From the NCBI GenBank assembly GCA_963682135.1, contig OY821645.1, positions 2,496,001 through 2,560,000 on the forward strand: a stretch of DNA of 64,000 bases, read 5' to 3'. The position numbers and the translations under genes were made by a program. How positions within the stretch are numbered: the stretch's first letter is position 1; each line of letters opens with the position of its first letter. Positions 59,936 through 64,000 of the stretch are shown here, piece after piece. Origin of the DNA: Methanothrix sp. Its GTDB lineage: Archaea; Halobacteriota; Methanosarcinia; Methanotrichales; Methanotrichaceae. Below the pieces are notes generated by a model. The model saw nothing but the letters and a program-made list of their open reading frames with translations, made no database searches and was not told the origin of the DNA.

Positions 59936-60718
59936 ATGGTTTCCTTCCCTCTTCTGGCCGGGTCGGCCCTCTTATTGGGACTTCTGGCCTTATCCATACG
60001 GGTGATCAGACAGTACGAGCGAGCAGTCATATTTCGCCTGGGAAAGATCAAAAAGGAGAGAGGACCGGGCCTCTTTCCCCTCATACCCTTAGTGGATAAA
60101 ATGGTGCGAGTGGACATGAGGGTAAGAGAGCTGGATGTTCCCAAGCAGACGGTCATCTCTCGTGACAATGTGACACTCGAGGTAGATGCGGTCATTTACT
60201 ACAAGGTAGTAGACGCCACGAGGGCCATCGTGGTGGTGGAAGACTTCGAAGCAGCCACTCTTCTCCTGGCGCAGACCACTCTTCGAGATATCCTGGGCCA
60301 AAACGAGCTGGATACCATCCTTTCCGATAGAGACGACCTTAACAAAAGGATCAAGGAGATACTGGACAGCACTACCGGGCCCTGGGGTATGCATGTGGTG
60401 ATGGTGACCATGAGAGACGTCTCCCTGCCCGAGAATATGCTGCGCGCCATCGCCCGGCAAGCAGAGGCTGAGAGGGAGAAGAGAGCCCGCATAATTTTGG
60501 CGGAAGGAGAGTTTCAGGCCTCCAAGATGATGAACGAGGCAGCAGATATGTATGAGAACAAGCCCAGCGCTCTTAAGCTGCGCGAGTTTCAGACTCTGAC
60601 CGAGATCGCCAAGGAGAAAAACCTCATTGTGGTCTCGATCGGATCAGATGAAGGGAACAGGAATTCGGACATCCCTCTTCTTATGGGGCTGGCCAAGGCG
60701 GCTGCGGGTAATAAATGA
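59936..60718 (+). CDS. SPFH/stomatin (slipin) protein
   Basis: 'QYERAVIFRLG', 'SRDNV', 'LAQTTLR', 'QAEAEREKRA'. Confidence 0.96.
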   Translation: MVSFPLLAGSALLLGLLALSIRVIRQYERAVIFRLGKIKKERGPGLFPLIPLVDKMVRVDMRVRELDVPKQTVISRDNVTLEVDAVIYYKVVDATRAIVVVEDFEAATLLLAQTTLRDILGQNELDTILSDRDDLNKRIKEILDSTTGPWGMHVVMVTMRDVSLPENMLRAIARQAEAEREKRARIILAEGEFQASKMMNEAADMYENKPSALKLREFQTLTEIAKEKNLIVVSIGSDEGNRNSDIPLLMGLAKAAAGNK

Positions 60719-61845
60719 CCAGCTTTAGGACCATCTTCTTTTCTGGGAGGCCCAATGACAATTCCTCCAAAAGGAGGAGAGCAGGCAAGAAGAGCAATCA
60801 GGAGATGGCTCACGAGAGATTCAAGTTCATCAGAATCTTCTTCGTGCTGGGCATCGTCGGCCTGCTAGTCCTGCTCACCGGAGTCATAATAACGCTTGGG
60901 CCCCTGAATATATCCGTAACAGATTCCTATTCTGCGCTCTTAGCCCGCTTCTGGCCGGACTACTTCACCGTGGATGCTCTTACCTCTCGTGTGGTCTGGA
61001 ACATTCGCTTTCCCCGGATTTTAGGGGGGATTATGGCAGGATTCGGCCTGGGAATATGCGGCTGCGTGATGCAAGCTGTGCTCAAGAATCCTCTGGCCAG
61101 CCCTTTTACCCTGGGCATCACCGCGGGAGCGCAGTTCGGCATCTCCATTGCCGCCGTTATCGGCTTTTCCATTCTGGGAGGGCCCTACTTCATAATCGGC
61201 AATGCCTTTGTCTGCGCCCTTCTCTGCTCACTCTTCATCATAGGTCTCGCGGCCATCAAGGGGGCTTCCTCTGAGAATTTGGTGTTAGCAGGCATCGCCG
61301 TGAACTATTTCTTCACAGCCATGAGTTCGCTTCTCAAGTATTTCGCCAGCGATGAGCAGCTTCGCCTCATGACCAACTGGGGCATGGGAGATCTGGCCGC
61401 ATTCTCCTGGACCAACTCACAGCTGCTGCTGGTCATATTCGTCATCTGCATTCCGCTGCTCATGACCAAATGCTGGGACCTGAATATCATGACTGCCGGC
61501 GATGAGACCGCCAAGAGCATTGGCGTGAATGCCGAGATGACGCGCATATTCATCATGGTGGTCAGCAGCCTGCTCGTCGCCACCATTGTCTGCTTCATGG
61601 GAACCATCGCCTTTGTGGGACTGGTAGCACCTCATATGGCCCGCATGGTCATAGGCGGAGATCATCGCTTTTTAATTCCCGCCTCCGGAGTGCTGGGTGC
61701 ACTGGTACTCATGTCGGCGGATGCCGTTGGAATGAATCTGATAGCACCTACCATCATACCCACTGGGATCATGACCTCTATTGTGGGAGTTCCCTTCTTC
61801 ATGTATCTCATGATGAAGGGCAAGAGAAAGGAGTTTTGGACATGA
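60715..61845 (+). CDS. FecCD/BtuC-family ABC permease
   Basis: 'IRFPRIL', 'MQAVLKNPLASPFTLG', 'FVGLVAPHMAR'. Confidence 0.95.
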   Translation: MTSFRTIFFSGRPNDNSSKRRRAGKKSNQEMAHERFKFIRIFFVLGIVGLLVLLTGVIITLGPLNISVTDSYSALLARFWPDYFTVDALTSRVVWNIRFPRILGGIMAGFGLGICGCVMQAVLKNPLASPFTLGITAGAQFGISIAAVIGFSILGGPYFIIGNAFVCALLCSLFIIGLAAIKGASSENLVLAGIAVNYFFTAMSSLLKYFASDEQLRLMTNWGMGDLAAFSWTNSQLLLVIFVICIPLLMTKCWDLNIMTAGDETAKSIGVNAEMTRIFIMVVSSLLVATIVCFMGTIAFVGLVAPHMARMVIGGDHRFLIPASGVLGALVLMSADAVGMNLIAPTIIPTGIMTSIVGVPFFMYLMMKGKRKEFWT

Positions 61846-62633
61846 TGATCAAGCTTCAGGCCAAGAATATTGTCTTCGGCTACACCAGTAATCCCATTCT
61901 GGACAACGTGAACTTTGAGATCGCCCCCTCCAAGCTGGTCACCATTGTGGGGCCGAACGGCTCAGGAAAGTCGACATTGATCAAGTGCGTTGATCGGATT
62001 GCAGCTCCTCAGGGGGGCAGCATTCTTATTGACCGCAAGGATGTAACCCGCATGAGCAGGATGGATATGGCCAGATACCTGTCCTATGTGCCGCAAAGCT
62101 CGGTGCGCATCTTTCCTACCAATGTCTTTGATACCATTCTGATGGGCAGAAGGCCTCATATCGGATGGCTGGGAAGCGACAAGGACGAGAAGAAGGTCTG
62201 GGAAGTTCTGAGGCTTCTTGATATCGAGAAGCTGGCTATGAGCAACTTCGCCGAGCTTTCCGGCGGCCAGCAGCAGAAGATCCTGATTGCCAGAGCGCTG
62301 GTTCAGGAGGCGGAGGTGATGCTTCTCGATGAGCCCACCAGCAACCTGGATATCTGGCATCAACTGGATGTTATGAACATAATTCGGGATGTAGTCAAGA
62401 AGAAGGAGATCACTGCCATCATGGCACTGCATGATCTAAACCTGGCCTCATATTACTCGGATCGGATCATCATGATGAAGAAGGGAAAGATTGTGGCCGC
62501 CGGCGATCCTCATTCGGTGATCACTGAGGAGAACATAGCGTCCGTTTACAGAGTAGAAGCGGCTGTGAGAAGCCTTTCCGATCGCCCCATGATCATGCCC
62601 TTGCGGCAGATCCGGGAGGCGAAAGCCTACTAG
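61836..62633 (+). CDS. FecE/BtuD-family ABC ATPase
   Basis: 'GPNGSGKST', 'LSGGQQQ', 'LLDEPTSNLD', 'LHDLN'. Confidence 0.95.
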   Translation: MDMMIKLQAKNIVFGYTSNPILDNVNFEIAPSKLVTIVGPNGSGKSTLIKCVDRIAAPQGGSILIDRKDVTRMSRMDMARYLSYVPQSSVRIFPTNVFDTILMGRRPHIGWLGSDKDEKKVWEVLRLLDIEKLAMSNFAELSGGQQQKILIARALVQEAEVMLLDEPTSNLDIWHQLDVMNIIRDVVKKKEITAIMALHDLNLASYYSDRIIMMKKGKIVAAGDPHSVITEENIASVYRVEAAVRSLSDRPMIMPLRQIREAKAY

Positions 62634-62823
62634 ATCTGCCGCAGATCACCTTACCCACACGGATAGCGACGACAAATATGCTATCACCCGGCCAATCGAT
62701 TCTGACATCAGCATAAAGATGCTCAGCATGGCCGTACCCTGCCAGCCAGAGGGGTGCCTGAGCCCTGCAAAATGCAAGGGCTGCAGAGAAGGCCCAATCC
62801 AGCCCTGGTGCAGGTCGAGTCCA

Positions 62824-63228
62824 TCAGTCTACTCCGAAAATCCTGATCCACCCCACAGCAGCATCAACCTCCACCACTGTACCGTTCTTCGTCTGCAATA
62901 TCTCCTCCTGCACTCTGTCCACCAGAGGAATGCCGCTGATGATGGCCCCCACTGCCACGATCGGCTCGGAGCGGATATTGATCATAGCGGCAGGAGCCAG
63001 TCCCTTCTTTTTGAGTTGATAGATGACGTAGGATCCGACGGTGGAGCCCTTGCCTCCGGGAAAGATGAGCACCTTTCCGGCGATGCACTGGCCGAAGAGC
63101 TCGTGCGCCGGATCTACCACCACCCCAGTTGCAGCATCGATATTACCCAGAAACGATATGGCCTCCTTTGTCACCAGCGCCTCTCCCCGAGCCCAGCCGC
63201 AGGCAACTCTGTGGCATTTCATCTCCAT
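62824..63228 (-). CDS. Phosphomevalonate dehydratase small subunit (AcnX swivel domain, DUF126)
   Basis: 'GEALV...ISFLG', 'GKGSTVGS', 'EPIVAVGA'. Confidence 0.9.
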   Translation of the reverse strand: MEMKCHRVACGWARGEALVTKEAISFLGNIDAATGVVVDPAHELFGQCIAGKVLIFPGGKGSTVGSYVIYQLKKKGLAPAAMINIRSEPIVAVGAIISGIPLVDRVQEEILQTKNGTVVEVDAAVGWIRIFGVD

Positions 63229-63230
63229 GT

Positions 63231-64000
63231 TTACCGCCTCCCCAGAGCTACATCGATGCATTCCTCAAGGCTTCCCAGGCCCGCCTTGACACCGGCCAAA
63301 CCGGGCAGGTAGGCCAGTGCCTTGCCGGAACTGGTCATCATCCTGGAAAAGCGTTCCGTGGCCGGGGAGACGACCATGCAGGTATCGCAAAAGACCCGAG
63401 CCCCGCTTTCCTCGATGGATGCCACCAGGTGGGGGTGCGCCTCTGCGATCTTGCGGGCGGTGCAGACCCACAGCTCCTTTTTCACCTTCTGGCCTTGCAG
63501 CAGTCCGGCAATCTTCTCCAGTTCCTCTGCCGAGCAGTGTGGGCATCCCAGAGCCACAGCATCAGCGCCGCCCCCTGGGTATTGGGCATAGACCTCATCG
63601 ATATCCTTTCGATCGATGCTGATCCTCTCTTCCTCCTGCCGGGCGGGCGGTGCGGGTGTGACATCTTCCACGTAGTAAAGAGCCACCGAGCCGCTGGCAG
63701 CCATGGCCGCTCCCAGGGCCTTGAGTTCATCCCTGGCGGGCCGCAGGCCCTGCAGCCGGAAGAAAGGCACTCCGTCCTTTACAATTCTGCCCACCAGAAA
63801 TCCCAGGGCTCCGTAGTCCGAGCCCTGCAGATCCGCTTCGACCTCCACCACATGGGTAGGCCTGCGAGACTCATCCAGATGGTAGCCGTAAAGAGCGGTC
63901 TTGCCCACCAGCGCCGCCGCCAGGGCGGAGGGCCCCCCCTCCCGGTTGGTGCGCGCCCCAATGACCGAGTTGGCATAAGAGACGGCGGAGGACTCGCTCC
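63231..64000 (-). CDS. Phosphomevalonate dehydratase large subunit (AcnX, DUF521), 5' part outside the window
   Basis: 'ANSVIGARTNREGGPSAL', 'GCPHCS', 'DTCMVVSP', 'SGKA'. Confidence 0.9.
   Translation of the reverse strand, partial: SESSAVSYANSVIGARTNREGGPSALAAALVGKTALYGYHLDESRRPTHVVEVEADLQGSDYGALGFLVGRIVKDGVPFFRLQGLRPARDELKALGAAMAASGSVALYYVEDVTPAPPARQEEERISIDRKDIDEVYAQYPGGGADAVALGCPHCSAEELEKIAGLLQGQKVKKELWVCTARKIAEAHPHLVASIEESGARVFCDTCMVVSPATERFSRMMTSSGKALAYLPGLAGVKAGLGSLEECIDVALGRR

Noticed and set aside
1-64000. tRNA, rRNA, integrase/att sites, reverse transcriptase or DGR repeats
   Set aside because: No matching motifs seen by eye; a covariance-model scan would be needed to exclude small RNAs

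Overview
Archaeal DNA. Gene content (archaeosortase A, archaetidylserine genes, AroB-II, modified mevalonate enzymes, split GltB, NikR/CooC) points to a methanogen, most likely Methanothrix-like; this is an inference. Layout: (i) 1-10.8 kb accessory, decaying region with an IS630 element inserted in a hidden HExxH metallopeptidase gene, a PD-(D/E)XK nuclease, two secreted hydrolases and pseudogenes; (ii) 10.8-28 kb cell-surface block with subtilase, artA-psd-pssA-mptD, DUF1616, lectin-like and other secreted proteins, a CPBP protease, a small Ser/Thr-repeat membrane protein and a ~210-nt structured intergenic element; (iii) 28-34.6 kb housekeeping genes (aroD, aroB-II, UbiD-like, ftsZ, hicB); (iv) 34.7-42.7 kb glnA followed by a tightly coupled gltB1-gltB2-gltB3-fdhA-ferredoxin-ferredoxin operon; (v) 45.7-62.6 kb NikR-linked metal-uptake island with ABC transporters, methyltransferases, flavin reductases, CooC, TsaA-like, FmdE-like and SPFH genes; (vi) phosphomevalonate dehydratase subunits at the right edge. 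No rRNA, tRNA or CRISPR array was seen. Best candidates for undescribed systems: a formate dehydrogenase-wired glutamate synthase, a small-protein + HExxH protease pair, and a small 2-TM peptide + CPBP + DUF1616 surface module. All family assignments come from motif recognition; no searches were run.
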